Notes: generated by a model from the sequence alone, not told the origin. A stretch of DNA of 64,000 bases from an uncultured Nitrospiraceae bacterium (GCA_963811165.1 CAWEQH010000010.1:32001-96000); one strand, 5' to 3'. Positions 10,389 to 21,898 are shown, counted from the stretch's first letter. Numbers and translations: made by a program.

Positions 10389-11122
10389 GGCAGACAGACA
10401 GCAGAATGGCCCCGCTATTGCAGGGGGTATTTACCATGGTATTTCAACCCATAGTTGAGACACAAACCGGAAAGATAATGGGGTTTGAGGCCCTTATGAG
10501 AGGCACTCGACTTTCGCCGACAGAAAGCCCTGAAAGACTTTTCAGCGAGAAGGGCCGGCCGGATGACTTGCTGCAACTGGATATCGGCTGCATAGGGTCT
10601 GCTCTCAGGAGCGGCAGCGCGCTTGCCCCGAACTACCGGATTTTTATCAATGCACATTCAGTAACCCTCAGGGAATTGGCCATGAACTTCGATGCATTTT
10701 TGAAGTTCCTCGAGGGTTTGGGCATAAATCCGGATCGGATCGTATTTGAAATCTCGGAAAAAACGGACTATGCCAGCGCCTCTGCCATCCAGGGATATCT
10801 CGTCGAGTTCATAAAATCCGGGATCAGGATAGCCATTGATGACGTGGGAGCCAGTTTCAAATGGCTTCATCACATGCTGCACACAAAGCCGACCTATCTT
10901 AAGGTGGACAGGTCTTATATCCACGAAATAAATATGTCGACAAGAAAGCAGGCACTTGTCCGGAGTCTTCATCTTATGTGCCGCGAGATGGGGCTCAAAG
11001 TGATCGCAGAGGGGATAGAAAGTCACGAGCAGCTGTGTATGCTGAAGGCAATTGGGGTCCCTTTTGCGCAGGGGTTTTGGTTCGGTCGTCCGGAGGCCGT
11101 TGACGGATGGATTGGGAAATGA
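10370..11122 (+). CDS. Stand-alone EAL-domain c-di-GMP phosphodiesterase
   Basis: FQPIV, GFEALMR, IFIN, FEISE, IDDVG, KVDRS, AEGIE, QGF. Start uncertain (10370 or 10406). Confidence 0.88.
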   Translation: MEPAGVRQTDSRMAPLLQGVFTMVFQPIVETQTGKIMGFEALMRGTRLSPTESPERLFSEKGRPDDLLQLDIGCIGSALRSGSALAPNYRIFINAHSVTLRELAMNFDAFLKFLEGLGINPDRIVFEISEKTDYASASAIQGYLVEFIKSGIRIAIDDVGASFKWLHHMLHTKPTYLKVDRSYIHEINMSTRKQALVRSLHLMCREMGLKVIAEGIESHEQLCMLKAIGVPFAQGFWFGRPEAVDGWIGK

Positions 11123-12927
11123 AGGACCATGCTTCTGCGGACCGGTCCCTGAGGGATATACATCCCCGCCGGGACTACAAAAGGGCGGGCATCGGAGGCG
11201 GATTCGTGCACGGAATAACACAGTGCGAGCGTGAGCTTGACATAGTCATAAATCATACCGAGGATGAATTTCTCTCCCTAGGTTCCGTACTGCGCGATTT
11301 TTACGACCGCGCAAGAAAGATCTCTGAGATGTCTTCGGCTGTCACGACACATATGACCGGCAGCGAGATCGTAGGGTCCATGGATGACCTCAACGGGCTG
11401 CTCGAAAGGATGGAGACGTCCCTCCGGAGCTCCGAGTCAGAAACAGAATCGAGCACGGCAAAACTCCGCGAAATCCTGGGCTTGATGGACGGCATTTATG
11501 GACCCCTGGAGGATGTTCTCACGATCACGAAGACCCTGAAGTCTCTCGCTATCACCGCCAGGGTCCAGTATTCCTCGTTAGTGATAAAGAACGTGGAAAT
11601 GAACGTCCTGCTTGATGATATAAAGAAGCTTTCGGAGGTCATGACCGAAAAGTCGAACAATATCCGGCAAGATCTGAAGTCACTGGAGATCCGTATAGAG
11701 CAGACCCTTTCGCGGCTCTCTGTTTTTGAAGGAGAGCAGCAAGGCGGGGCGAGGACGGTTCTTGACCGTGCCATGTCCGTGCTCTGCTCCATCACCGGGC
11801 AATATGGGCTTTCGAGGAAAGCAGCGCAGGACATTGCTGATCGCTCTGGCGCAATATCCCGGAGCACGGGCGAGATCGTCACATCGGTCCAGTTCCACGA
11901 TATTACCCGCCAGCGATTTGAACGCGTAAAAATGACGCTGCATCAACTGCGAGAAAAAAGCCTTTCCATAGCAGACAGGGAGGTCTTTGGCAAAGGGGAT
12001 GGCGGTGGCGCCGACACCCTTGCCGGAGCGGCCGATCTTTGCACATGCGAGGCCATGGAGGTCTCCTCCATACGGGACGAATTTGTGACAGCCGTCGAAG
12101 GCATAATCGATAATCTCAGGAACATCGCCGTCAACGTACTCGCCATCTCCGCTGACACGAAAAAGATTGTTGGACTTGACGGGGCGAACGGAAAAACATT
12201 TCTCACAGAAGCGGAGACCCTGCTTTCTTTGGTGACGGCATCTTTTGCGGCCCTTTCCGAAAACGGCGATGCGAGCAAGGAACTCTCGCAGATCCTGCTT
12301 TCTCTCACGGACGCCACAGCGGAAACGGCGAGATTCATCGGTGGGATAGAGGAGATCGCAGAGGATATAGAACTGATAGCCTTCAATACGGAAATCAAAT
12401 CCTCACAGATCGGGAAGGAAGGGTCATCATTTGAAATTGTGGCGGAATCCATACAGCGGCTTTCCGCTGAAACGTGCACTCGGGCCAAGGAGGTTTCCGG
12501 AACGCTCAAGACAATAACCTCCGCCGCGGACGGACTGTCCGTCGCCACCGGCCGGGATTTCGGCGCTCCCTCGTCCGGCATGGAAGGCATTTCCACAGAT
12601 TTTGAAAGGCTGATCACCACATTTTCCCGGTTGAACGGCAACATTGTCTCCCTCTTTACAGGGATCGAGAGGACAGGACATGTCCTTTCGAGGGACATCG
12701 AAAGAGTTGCGGACAGGATAGATGTCCATGCGGTAGTTGACAGGGTAGCGAAGAAGATTGTTTCTTCATTGAACGATACCGCATTGCATGCAGGGGCATT
12801 GCCTTCGGCGGAACAGGCATCTGCCCCGGGATGGGCAGGGACGGTGGCCATCAGACCTGACCGCGCCGGAGGCAACGGGACGGGAGTTGGAAATGACGGA
12901 ACGCACGACGGCGTGGAATTTTTTTAG
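11119..12927 (+). CDS. Cytoplasmic degenerate MCP-like coiled-coil protein with a CheZ-like QFHDITRQ motif
   Basis: No TM segment; two degenerate MCP hairpin tips (LKSLAITARV; IELIAFNTEIKSSQIGKEGSSFEIVAESIQRL); ends in VEFF. Confidence 0.75.
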   Translation: MKDHASADRSLRDIHPRRDYKRAGIGGGFVHGITQCERELDIVINHTEDEFLSLGSVLRDFYDRARKISEMSSAVTTHMTGSEIVGSMDDLNGLLERMETSLRSSESETESSTAKLREILGLMDGIYGPLEDVLTITKTLKSLAITARVQYSSLVIKNVEMNVLLDDIKKLSEVMTEKSNNIRQDLKSLEIRIEQTLSRLSVFEGEQQGGARTVLDRAMSVLCSITGQYGLSRKAAQDIADRSGAISRSTGEIVTSVQFHDITRQRFERVKMTLHQLREKSLSIADREVFGKGDGGGADTLAGAADLCTCEAMEVSSIRDEFVTAVEGIIDNLRNIAVNVLAISADTKKIVGLDGANGKTFLTEAETLLSLVTASFAALSENGDASKELSQILLSLTDATAETARFIGGIEEIAEDIELIAFNTEIKSSQIGKEGSSFEIVAESIQRLSAETCTRAKEVSGTLKTITSAADGLSVATGRDFGAPSSGMEGISTDFERLITTFSRLNGNIVSLFTGIERTGHVLSRDIERVADRIDVHAVVDRVAKKIVSSLNDTALHAGALPSAEQASAPGWAGTVAIRPDRAGGNGTGVGNDGTHDGVEFF

Positions 12928-13007
12928 AGGCTGGGTGGTAATGAAGGACGGGGCAAACAAAAGGGATATATCAGACTTTGAAAAACAGATCAGGACAGGG
13001 GGATGAG

Positions 13008-13355
13008 ATGATCCGCGAAAGAATTGAGCATCCAGGTGCAAGGGTGGTTACACTCGGCGGAGACCTTTCGATACTGCGCGCCCGCGAACTTAAGGAGCTG
13101 CTGCAGACCGTATTGAAGGAGGGAGAGCAGGTAGTTCTGGAGTTTGACGGATATGCAGGGGCGGACCTTTCCTTTTTTCAACTCCTCTGCTCTGCCCACC
13201 GGACTGCTGCAAGACTCGGCGTATCACTGAAACTCGGCAGCACCGTGCCGGCAAGATTCCTTGAAACAGCGGATGAAGCTGGTTACCTGCGTGACAAATG
13301 CTGCGCATACAGCAAAGACAAGACCTGTCTGTGGCTGCGGAGTTGTGGTGAATGA
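13008..13355 (+). CDS. STAS-domain protein
   Basis: LGGDLSI..A.ELK..L and DLSFFQLLCSAHRTA, typical of chemotaxis-cluster STAS proteins. Confidence 0.85.
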   Translation: MIRERIEHPGARVVTLGGDLSILRARELKELLQTVLKEGEQVVLEFDGYAGADLSFFQLLCSAHRTAARLGVSLKLGSTVPARFLETADEAGYLRDKCCAYSKDKTCLWLRSCGE

Positions 13356-13463
13356 GGCGCTGATGATCGGCGGCTGTCTGAGCGTGCGTTTGATGGCGGA
13401 CGTTACCCCTGCGGAGGCGCACCGGGGTTTTTTGGACAAGTATTCATGTCAAAGGGGAGAGCG

Positions 13464-13826
13464 ATGAAGACGATTATGACCGTGGACGATTCTGCGAGCG
13501 TGAGGATGATGGTGAACTTCACTCTGAGCGAGCTGGGGTTCGAAATTGTGGAGGCGATAAACGGGAAGGACGCCCTGAGTAAACTCGAGAGAAGGCCGGT
13601 ACATATGCTGATCACTGACGTGAATATGCCGGAGCTCGACGGCATCAGCCTCGTGAGGAAGATCAGGGAAATTCCGTCCTACAGGTTCATTCCGATCATC
13701 GTCCTTACCACGGAATCGCAGGAAGAGAAGAGGAAAGAGGGAAAACATGCAGGGGCGACCGGGTGGATCGTGAAACCCTTCAAGCCCGATCAATTGATTG
13801 AAGTCGTGAGGAAGGTGCTGGCATGA
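13464..13826 (+). CDS. cheY: Chemotaxis response regulator CheY
   Basis: VDDSASVR, ITDVNMP, LTTES, GATGWIVKPF; directly before cheA. Confidence 0.92.
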   Translation: MKTIMTVDDSASVRMMVNFTLSELGFEIVEAINGKDALSKLERRPVHMLITDVNMPELDGISLVRKIREIPSYRFIPIIVLTTESQEEKRKEGKHAGATGWIVKPFKPDQLIEVVRKVLA

Positions 13827-15976
13827 ATGAACAAGACGTGTTAAAAGAGACATTCAGGCAAGAGGCATCCGAACTTCTTTCGGAACTTGAGACCTCGCTT
13901 CTGGAACTGGAGAGGGCACCCGGCGATCAGGAATCGGTATCCTCCGTTTTCAGGGCGTTTCACACCCTGAAGGGCTCCGGCGCCATGTGCGGCTTCGATG
14001 AGCTATCTCAATTTACCCATCATATCGAGACGGTATATGACCTTGTGCGCAATGGCAAAATGAGCGTGGACAAGACCTTAATAGACCTTACCCTAAAGGC
14101 CTGCGACCTCATTCCCGAAATGTTGAAAGCGCAGCAGCAGGATCGGGGGGGGTGCAGGGAACAGGCGGCCGAGACACTCTCATCCTTCCAAAAATTGATC
14201 CCTGCAACCGTCGGCGCAAAACCACTGGCGGGAAGGTCCGCCGAGGATAGGAAAGCCCTGCTGCCTTCCGGGAAGTCCGGCGGCCAGATCACCTACAGGA
14301 TTCGCTTCCGTCCTTCCCGGGGCATATTTGGCGGCGGGACGAACCCCCTATTGCTCCTGAATGAACTCCGCAGATTGGGGGAATGCAGGTCGATCGCCCA
14401 CAACGATGAGATTCCCTTTCTGGATGAGATGGATCCCGAGGCGTGCTACACATACTGGGATGTAGTACTCACCACGGAAAAGGATATTGATGCGATCAGG
14501 GACATCTTCATCTTTATCGAGGACGAGTGCGAGCTGAAGATTGAGGTGATTGACGACGGGACCATCTCGATGGAAGAGAAGGATTACAGGAGACTTGGGG
14601 AGATACTCGTTGAAAAGAAAGACCTGAGCCGGGAGGATCTGAAGAAGGTACTGAACGAGAGAAAACCCATAGGACAAATGCTCGTGGAGGAAGGGCTGGT
14701 GCCTCCGACAAACGTGCAGGCGGCGCTGGTCGAGCAGGAGCACGTCAGGGAGATCCGCGAGCGCCGACTGAGGGAAGAAGTGATTTCGAACCTCAGGGTC
14801 TCTTCCGAAAAGCTTGATAAACTGGTGAACCTGGCGGGCGAGCTCGTTACGGTCCAGGCCCGTCTCAGTCAGACCGCTTCGGACAGGAATGATCCCGGAC
14901 TGACCTCAATTGCAGAGGAGGTGGAACGTCTGACCGCGGACCTGCGCGACAATATCATGAATATACGCCTGGTGCCCATCGGAACGACCTTCGGCAAATT
15001 CAATCGGCTCGTCCGCGACCTCTCCCTGAAACTCGGTAAGGAAATCGAATTGCTCACCGACGGAGGGGAGACGGAGCTGGACAAGACGGTGATAGAGAAG
15101 CTCAGCGACCCCCTGGTCCATCTCATCAGGAACTGCATAGACCACGGTATCGAACCGCCGGGGATAAGGGAGCGCGCGGGGAAGGCGAGAAAAGGGGCTG
15201 TACATCTTTCCGCGGTGCACTCCGGTGCGTATGTGATGATACAGATAAAAGATGACGGGGCCGGGCTTGACCGGGAAGTCATCCGCCTCAAAGCAATGGA
15301 GAAGGGCCTGATCCCTCCGGATTCGGTTCTTTCGGAAAAGGCCATCTTCTCTTTGATCCTTGCCCCGGGCTTTACCACCGCAGGGAATGTTACCAGCGTG
15401 TCGGGCCGCGGCGTCGGAATGGATGTGGTAAAGAAGGCTGTTGACAGCCTCAGGGGCTCCATAGAGATCGCCAGCCGGAAGGGCGAGGGGACGACGGTAA
15501 CTCTTATTCTGCCGCTGACCCTGGCGATCATCGAAGGCCTTTTGGTAAGGATCTGCGGCGAGTATTTTGTATTGCCCCTTTCCGCAGTGGAAGAGTGCGT
15601 CGAGCTGACCCGCCAGGGCAGGAAAAACTCCCACGGCAGGCAGGTGGCAAATGTCAGGGAACAGATAGTGCCGTATATACGGCTTCGAGACCAGTTTGCA
15701 GTAGATGGGGAACTGCCCGACATAGAGCAGATCGTGATCGTCAGAAGCGGCAGCCAGAGGGTGGGCTTTGTGGTGGACAACGTTATCGGAGAGCACCAGA
15801 CGGTCATAAAGAACCTTGGGAGAGTGTTTAGACATATTGAAGGCATATCAGGTGCAACGATACTGGGTAACGGAACGGTTGCATTAATCATCGATATCCC
15901 GAAATTGGTAAAGATTGCTGAAAAAGAGGAGGTGAGCAGTCTGACAGGGGCTTCATTTTGTCAGAGGATAGGGTAA
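13823..15976 (+). CDS. cheA: Chemotaxis histidine kinase CheA
   Basis: Hpt FRAFHTLKGSG, HLIRNCIDHGIE, SGRGVGMDVVK, C-terminal CheW domain. Confidence 0.97.
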   Translation: MNEQDVLKETFRQEASELLSELETSLLELERAPGDQESVSSVFRAFHTLKGSGAMCGFDELSQFTHHIETVYDLVRNGKMSVDKTLIDLTLKACDLIPEMLKAQQQDRGGCREQAAETLSSFQKLIPATVGAKPLAGRSAEDRKALLPSGKSGGQITYRIRFRPSRGIFGGGTNPLLLLNELRRLGECRSIAHNDEIPFLDEMDPEACYTYWDVVLTTEKDIDAIRDIFIFIEDECELKIEVIDDGTISMEEKDYRRLGEILVEKKDLSREDLKKVLNERKPIGQMLVEEGLVPPTNVQAALVEQEHVREIRERRLREEVISNLRVSSEKLDKLVNLAGELVTVQARLSQTASDRNDPGLTSIAEEVERLTADLRDNIMNIRLVPIGTTFGKFNRLVRDLSLKLGKEIELLTDGGETELDKTVIEKLSDPLVHLIRNCIDHGIEPPGIRERAGKARKGAVHLSAVHSGAYVMIQIKDDGAGLDREVIRLKAMEKGLIPPDSVLSEKAIFSLILAPGFTTAGNVTSVSGRGVGMDVVKKAVDSLRGSIEIASRKGEGTTVTLILPLTLAIIEGLLVRICGEYFVLPLSAVEECVELTRQGRKNSHGRQVANVREQIVPYIRLRDQFAVDGELPDIEQIVIVRSGSQRVGFVVDNVIGEHQTVIKNLGRVFRHIEGISGATILGNGTVALIIDIPKLVKIAEKEEVSSLTGASFCQRIG

Positions 15977-16030
15977 CGTGGTTGGCGATTTGCCCTGTGG
16001 TAGGGATATCAAGAAAGGAGAGAATTTATA

Positions 16031-17725
16031 ATGTATGGAAATGTGAGAATCGGTACGAAGATTTATCTGCTCATGGGGCTTGCAGTCCTCTGCTTCGGCA
16101 TGGTCGGGGCGGCCTTTTTCCTTCAGAGCGGAGGGGCCGAAAAGGCGATAGTGACTATGGTCGATACTGACCTTGAGTTGCTGATCAATCTGCAGAGCAT
16201 GTACTCCGAAGGCTTGCAGACCGGTCAGGCGACGCGCAATATCCTGATGAACCCGGACGACGGGAAGGCGAAGGAAAACTATCAGGAGGCCCAAAAGATC
16301 TTTCTTGAGGTGATGGAGAGAACTCGTCACCTCGCCCCGGCACAATTGCAGGACCGTTTAAAAAAGATCGGAGAACTCTGGGGAGAAGACCACGCATTGA
16401 AGACGGAGATCCAAACCCTTGTTCAAGAAGGAAAGAAAGACGAGGCGTTTTCTCTGCTCGTGGACAAGGAGACACCGAAATGGAGGGAAGTGAGAGCCCT
16501 GGTGCTTGACTTGATCAAAGAGCAAAAAGAACACTTTGCAGAAAGCAAGACAAGAGAAATCGGATTGCTGCACAACAGGATGTCGTTCCTCCTCACGACA
16601 CTTATTGCAATCATCCTTGTCTTCATTTCCTTTGCGCTCCTGCTTGCAAGGAGCATCACGCACCCGCTGCGGGAGGTAATCACGTCGATAGACAGACTTT
16701 CCGGCGGCGATCTGACGGTAGACATAGTGGTGAAAAGAAAGGACGAGACAGGACAGCTGCTTCTGGCGATGAAGAATATGGTGGATAAACTGAGAGAGAT
16801 CGTGGCGGACGTAAAGTCCGCGGCGGACAATGTGGCATCAGGAAGTCAGCAGCTGAGTTCCGGTTCCGGAGAGATGTCCCAGGGGGCATCGGAGCAGGCG
16901 AGTTCTGTGGAGGAAGTCTCATCCTCTATGGAGCAGATGGTGTCGAATATACGACAGAACGCGGACAATGCCCAGCAGACCGAGAAGATAGCCCTGAAAT
17001 CGGCAGGGGACGCCAGGGACAGCGGCAGGGCGGTCTCGGAGACAATGACCGCGATGAAAGACATCGCGGGGAAGATCTCAATCATCGAAGAGATCGCACG
17101 CCAGACGAACCTCCTGGCCCTGAACGCCGCCATAGAGGCGGCGCGTGCGGGTGAGCACGGCAAGGGCTTTGCGGTGGTGGCCTCGGAGGTGAGGAAGCTT
17201 GCGGAACGCAGTCAGGCCGCGGCAGCGGAGATTAGTCAACTTTCAGCCTCCAGCGTTCAGGTGGCGGAAAGAGCAGGGGGGATGCTGGCAAAGCTGGTAC
17301 CGGACATCCAGAAGACCGCGGAGCTGGTGCAGGAGATCAACGCGGCGAGCGGGGAGCAGAACAGCGGAGCAGTGCAGATCAACAAGGCCATCCAGCAGTT
17401 CGACCGGGTGGTGCAGCAGAACGCGGGCTCAGCAGAAGAGATGTCTTCCACTGCGGAAGAACTGGCATCTCAGGCAGAGCATCTGCAGAGCACCATTGAA
17501 TTTTTCAAGATGGGCGACAACGGCAGTTCAAGGAGAGTCATCGCAGCCAGAACCACCCCTAAAGCTACGGACAAGACACCGTTTGCGCAACCGGCCCCCG
17601 GAGGGATGAAGCCTCAGAGGGCGATGGCCTCAGGAGCAAAGACTGCGGCAAAGAAGACCGGCGCAGCGCTGGATATGGGCAACGGCGGAAGAGACGGTGA
17701 AGACGAAGAATTCGAGAAATTCTGA
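16031..17725 (+). CDS. Methyl-accepting chemotaxis protein (helical periplasmic sensor, HAMP)
   Basis: Two TM segments, [35 protein letters not shown]-terminal pentapeptide EFEKF. Confidence 0.95.
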   Translation: MYGNVRIGTKIYLLMGLAVLCFGMVGAAFFLQSGGAEKAIVTMVDTDLELLINLQSMYSEGLQTGQATRNILMNPDDGKAKENYQEAQKIFLEVMERTRHLAPAQLQDRLKKIGELWGEDHALKTEIQTLVQEGKKDEAFSLLVDKETPKWREVRALVLDLIKEQKEHFAESKTREIGLLHNRMSFLLTTLIAIILVFISFALLLARSITHPLREVITSIDRLSGGDLTVDIVVKRKDETGQLLLAMKNMVDKLREIVADVKSAADNVASGSQQLSSGSGEMSQGASEQASSVEEVSSSMEQMVSNIRQNADNAQQTEKIALKSAGDARDSGRAVSETMTAMKDIAGKISIIEEIARQTNLLALNAAIEAARAGEHGKGFAVVASEVRKLAERSQAAAAEISQLSASSVQVAERAGGMLAKLVPDIQKTAELVQEINAASGEQNSGAVQINKAIQQFDRVVQQNAGSAEEMSSTAEELASQAEHLQSTIEFFKMGDNGSSRRVIAARTTPKATDKTPFAQPAPGGMKPQRAMASGAKTAAKKTGAALDMGNGGRDGEDEEFEKF

Positions 17726-17735
17726 GGGGGATGAT

Positions 17736-18224
17736 ATGGCGCTCGCAGAAATAAATGAAACAACGCAGTATCTGACCTTCAAGCTTGAGGGCGAAGTCTT
17801 TGCTCTCGATATCTCGAAAGTCCGGGAGGTTCTGGATTTTACGACGATCACGAAAGTGCCACGTACCCCTGAGTTCATGCGAGGGGTGATCAATCTCAGG
17901 GGCAATGTGGTGCCGGTTGTAGACATGCGGCTGAAGTTCGGCATGACGAAGACGGAAAATACGGTGAACACCTGCATCATCATAGTTGAGACAAGTCTGG
18001 ATGGAGAGATGACGGTGCTCGGGGCCCTTGCGGACGTGGTGCAGGAGGTGATGGAGCTCGGGAGTGGGCAGATAGAGCCTGCTCCGAAGATCGGGGCACG
18101 GCTGAAGACCGACTTCATACAGGGGATGGGGAAGCGGGACGAGGGCTTCATCATCATTCTCGATATCGACAGGGTGTTTTCTGCTGATGAACTGGCCCTT
18201 GTGCAGGCGGCGGGTGAAAGGTGA
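17736..18224 (+). CDS. cheW: CheW
   Basis: QYLTFKL, GVINLRG, IILDID. Confidence 0.95.
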   Translation: MALAEINETTQYLTFKLEGEVFALDISKVREVLDFTTITKVPRTPEFMRGVINLRGNVVPVVDMRLKFGMTKTENTVNTCIIIVETSLDGEMTVLGALADVVQEVMELGSGQIEPAPKIGARLKTDFIQGMGKRDEGFIIILDIDRVFSADELALVQAAGER

Positions 18225-18331
18225 TGAAGAACAAGCCTTTCTGGCTGACATAATGCGGCTTAACAGCCGAAGACATAGTACTATTTCGTGATATGAATCA
18301 CGATATTTCATTTATGAAGGAGGTCACTCTT

Positions 18332-19192
18332 ATGAAGTCAAAGGTTAAGAAGTCAGCGGCGGTAATGGTCAGTTTCATCGTATTTACCCTGCTTCAGACA
18401 GGAGCTGCGTGGTCGGAGATCAAGCTCGGTCTGCTTCCGCGTCTGAGCGCTGTGGAACTGACGAAGATGTTCACTCCCCTTGCAGAATACCTGAGCAAGG
18501 AAACAGGGGAGAAAGTGAGCCTTTTCATCCCAAAAGATTTTACTGCCTTCAAGAATGCGGTCAAGAGCGGTCAGGTTGATCTGGGGTTTGCGAATTCATT
18601 GATCTATGTTCAGCTGAAGGCGGCCGTTAATCTGGACCCCCTGGCACTTACCTCTGAGGCGAAGGGAGGGACCAAATTTCGGGGTATTATCATCGCGCGA
18701 AAAGACACCGGAATCCAGAAACTCCAGGACCTGAAGGGGAAAAAACTGATCTTTGTGGAGAAGGATTCAGCAGCAGGCTATATTTTTCAGATGCTCCTGC
18801 TGAGCAATGCGGGATTAGATGTGAAGAAGGATTTCACTACACTGCCTTTTGCCATGAAGCATGACAATGTGACGATGGCGGTATTCAATAAGGCTGCTGA
18901 CGCAGGCGGCATCAGGGAAGACGACTTCGACAAGATGAAGGGCAAGGTGGATATTTCCCAGCTCAGGATTGTGGGATATTCGGAATATTTCCCGAACTGG
19001 CCCTTCTTTGCCGCACCCAAACTGCCAAAAGACAAGGCGGCAAAGATCAAGGCAGCTTTGCTCAAGCTGAAGCCCAATGATCCTCAAACCGCAAAGGTTC
19101 TGGGTCCAGCCATGCTCACGGGGTGCGTTACCGTAACGGACAAGGAGTACGATAACCTCCGGAAGGCAGCAAAGATTGCGGGAGCACTATAA
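18332..19192 (+). CDS. Phosphate/phosphite/phosphonate (PhnD-like) periplasmic binding protein with no adjacent ABC partners
   Basis: Signal peptide; F.PLAEYLSKETG, DLKGKKLIF..KDSAAGY, HDNV..AV....ADAG. Confidence 0.8.
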   Translation: MKSKVKKSAAVMVSFIVFTLLQTGAAWSEIKLGLLPRLSAVELTKMFTPLAEYLSKETGEKVSLFIPKDFTAFKNAVKSGQVDLGFANSLIYVQLKAAVNLDPLALTSEAKGGTKFRGIIIARKDTGIQKLQDLKGKKLIFVEKDSAAGYIFQMLLLSNAGLDVKKDFTTLPFAMKHDNVTMAVFNKAADAGGIREDDFDKMKGKVDISQLRIVGYSEYFPNWPFFAAPKLPKDKAAKIKAALLKLKPNDPQTAKVLGPAMLTGCVTVTDKEYDNLRKAAKIAGAL

Positions 19193-19268
19193 GGCCTGAA
19201 AATTAGCGCGGGCTTTGCCGGGCACTTTCCCGGCGAAGCCCGCTGAGAGAAGGGGAGGACCGACTGTT

Positions 19269-20855
19269 ATGAAAAAAATAGACACGAGTTCATGGACGCT
19301 TACGAAAAAATTCACCGTCAGCATCCTTATCGTCGTCCTGACGGTATTTGCGATCACATCGGTGATAATCAGCATGAACCAGAAAGCAGTGCTGATGAAC
19401 GGGCTCAAGGTGAAGGGTGAAAATCTGGCAAAGTTTTTGGCCGGGATCTCGGTTGAGCCGATACTGAGTTATAATTTCACGTATCTTGAAAATTTCGTCA
19501 GGGACGTGGCTGCCGGTGATAACGATATTGTCTACGCTGAGATATCAGATAAAGACGGAAACCCTTTAACCCATGGGATCAAGGCCGATGAGAAGACCAG
19601 GACTGACTTTATTGAGATTACGAGCCCTATTATGCAGGGCGAGGAGAAAATCGGAACGGTAAAAATCGTGTTTTCGACAAGCCGGATCAACGGGACCGTG
19701 AGAAAAAGCCAGATTATCCTGGCTGTACTGGCCGCGGCAACCATGGTCCTGATCTCTTTCATTGTTTTTTTGCTTTTCAGGGTGATTGCTATCAAACCGA
19801 TCGAGCAACTCAGGGCAGCCGTCGAGAACGTGGCCTCGGGAGACCTTAGTTCTGATATCGAGGTCAAAAAAAACGATGAGATCGGACTGCTCAACAGCGC
19901 CCTGAAGAACATGGTAGAGAGGTTGCGGGACACTGTCGCGGACGTAAAAGCCGCCTCAGGCAACGTGGCCTCCAGCAGTCAGCATCTGAGCTCGGGTTCA
20001 GAGGAGCTGTCTCAGGGCGCCTCTGAGCAGGCGAGCTCAGTGGAAGAGGTTTCTTCTTCGATGGAACAGATGGTATCGAACATACGCCAGAATGCGGACA
20101 ACGCGCAGCAGACAGAAAAGATAGCGCTGAAGTCGGCCAATGACGCAAAGGAGAGCGGGAAGGCGGTGAGCGAGACGGTCTCTGCGATGAAGGAGATCGC
20201 CGGGAAGATATCGATCATTGAAGAGATCGCGCGTCAAACGAACCTGCTGGCCTTAAACGCGGCGATAGAGGCAGCCCGGGCGGGGGAGCACGGCAAAGGG
20301 TTTGCGGTGGTGGCCGCCGAGGTGAGGAAACTTGCGGAGAGGAGTCAGGCAGCAGCCGGTGAGATCAGCGACCTGTCGTCCTCCTGTGTAAACGTAGCCG
20401 AGAGGGCCGGGGAGATGCTGGCGAAACTGGTGCCCGATATCCAGAAGACTGCGGAACTGGTGCAGGAGATCAACGCGGCCAGCGGGGAGCAAAACAGCGG
20501 AGCGGAGCAGATCAACAAGGCGATCCAGCAGCTCGACCAGATAGTGCAGCAGAATGCAGGCTCGGCAGAAGAGATGTCTTCCACTGCGGAAGAACTCGCG
20601 TCCCAGTCAGAGCATCTGCAGAGTGCAGTGGAATTTTTCAAGGTGGCCGATGACTCCGGAACAGGGACTGTTGTGACGGAGTCTGCTCCGAAAGCGGTCC
20701 ACAGGGCGAAGTTCGCCCGTTTTCGGCATGCAGGGGAAAAGGCGCAGAGGGCGATGGCCGCCCGAGTAGAGACTGTGGCAAAGAGGGCCGGCGTAGTACT
20801 GGATATGGGCAATGGCGGAAGAGATGCAGCGGACGACGAATTCGAGAAGTTCTAA
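19269..20855 (+). CDS. Methyl-accepting chemotaxis protein (small PAS/Cache-like periplasmic domain)
   Basis: Two TM segments, HAMP, conserved MCP tip, EFEKF end. Confidence 0.95.
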   Translation: MKKIDTSSWTLTKKFTVSILIVVLTVFAITSVIISMNQKAVLMNGLKVKGENLAKFLAGISVEPILSYNFTYLENFVRDVAAGDNDIVYAEISDKDGNPLTHGIKADEKTRTDFIEITSPIMQGEEKIGTVKIVFSTSRINGTVRKSQIILAVLAAATMVLISFIVFLLFRVIAIKPIEQLRAAVENVASGDLSSDIEVKKNDEIGLLNSALKNMVERLRDTVADVKAASGNVASSSQHLSSGSEELSQGASEQASSVEEVSSSMEQMVSNIRQNADNAQQTEKIALKSANDAKESGKAVSETVSAMKEIAGKISIIEEIARQTNLLALNAAIEAARAGEHGKGFAVVAAEVRKLAERSQAAAGEISDLSSSCVNVAERAGEMLAKLVPDIQKTAELVQEINAASGEQNSGAEQINKAIQQLDQIVQQNAGSAEEMSSTAEELASQSEHLQSAVEFFKVADDSGTGTVVTESAPKAVHRAKFARFRHAGEKAQRAMAARVETVAKRAGVVLDMGNGGRDAADDEFEKF

Positions 20856-21346
20856 GGGGGATGATATGGGCGTAACAGGAATATCGGAGACAACGCAATA
20901 TCTGACGTTCAAGCTTGAGGACGAAGTCTTCGCGCTGGACATCTCGAAGGTCCGGGAGGTCCTGGATTTTACGACGATCACGAAGGTGCCCCGGACCCCC
21001 GAGTTCATGCGCGGGGTAATTAACCTTCGCGGCAGTGTAGTGCCTGTGGTGGACATGAGGCTGAAGTTCAGGATGACCAGGACCGAGAAGACGGTGAATA
21101 CCTGCATCATCATCGTTGAGGTGATGGTGGACGGAGAGAGCATCATTCTCGGCACGCTGGCGGATTCGGTGCAGGAGGTGTTGGACCTTGACGCAGACCA
21201 TATCGAACCGGCGCCGAGGATAGGGACAAAGCTGAATACGGAGTTCATAAAAGGCATGGGGAAAAGGGATGCGCATTTCATCATCATCCTGGATATCGAT
21301 AAGGTATTCTCGACGGAGGAACTTGCCCTGGTGCAGGCCGAACAGG
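20398..21346 (+). repeat. Near-identical ~950-bp direct repeat, copy 1 (MCP 3' end plus cheW)
   Basis: Matches 23253-24201 at offset 2855. One substitution seen (aaggcgatcc vs aaggccatcc). Patchy identity extends back to ~20025. Confidence 0.9.
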
Positions 21347-21378
21347 AAGAAGGCGCAAGCAAAGGCACAGGGAGTTAA
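20866..21378 (+). CDS. cheW: CheW
   Basis: QYLTFKL, GVINLRGSVVPVVD. Confidence 0.95.
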   Translation: MGVTGISETTQYLTFKLEDEVFALDISKVREVLDFTTITKVPRTPEFMRGVINLRGSVVPVVDMRLKFRMTRTEKTVNTCIIIVEVMVDGESIILGTLADSVQEVLDLDADHIEPAPRIGTKLNTEFIKGMGKRDAHFIIILDIDKVFSTEELALVQAEQEEGASKGTGS

Positions 21379-21427
21379 CGCCGGGCTTTGTCCGGCGTAT
21401 TATATTTTTCAACGAGGAGGAAGAACA

Positions 21428-21898
21428 ATGAAAAGGCTGGTTATGAGCGGGATGGTTATGCTTTTGTTGTTAGCGCTGGCAGGCATTGTTTCAGGTTCCG
21501 AAAAGGCAAAGCACGGGACAGCTGCTGAAGCGGAGGCGCTGGTGAAGAAGGCAGTCGCGTCGATGAAGACCAATGGGAAGGATACCACATTTGCCGAGAT
21601 CAATAATCCCAAAGGGAAGTTTACCGACAGGGATCTCTACATCTTTGTCTATGATATAAAAGGGAAATGTGTGGCCCATGGGCAGAACCCGAAGATGATC
21701 GGCAAAGAGCTCATCGAGATGAAGGACGCGGACGGAAAATATTTTGTAAAGGAGCGTGTCGAGATCGCGAAGTCAAAGGGCTCGGGATGGCAGGATTACA
21801 AATTTACCGATCCGCTCAGCAAAAAAATCGAGCACAAACGTGCATATGTCGAACGGTTTGGGGATTTCATCGTAGGGGCCGGTATCTACTTTGAGTAG
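21428..21898 (+). CDS. Stand-alone exported single Cache (sCache_2-like) protein
   Basis: Signal peptide; A.ALVKKA, F.DRDLYIFVYD..G..VAHG, KDADGK.F, GSGWQDYKF..P. Confidence 0.85.
   Translation: MKRLVMSGMVMLLLLALAGIVSGSEKAKHGTAAEAEALVKKAVASMKTNGKDTTFAEINNPKGKFTDRDLYIFVYDIKGKCVAHGQNPKMIGKELIEMKDADGKYFVKERVEIAKSKGSGWQDYKFTDPLSKKIEHKRAYVERFGDFIVGAGIYFE

Noticed and set aside
14869..15891. Long antisense ORFs over cheA, and similar ones over the MCPs, cheW, ligD and hpn genes
   Set aside because: Shadow ORFs of well-supported + strand genes, with no motifs of their own.
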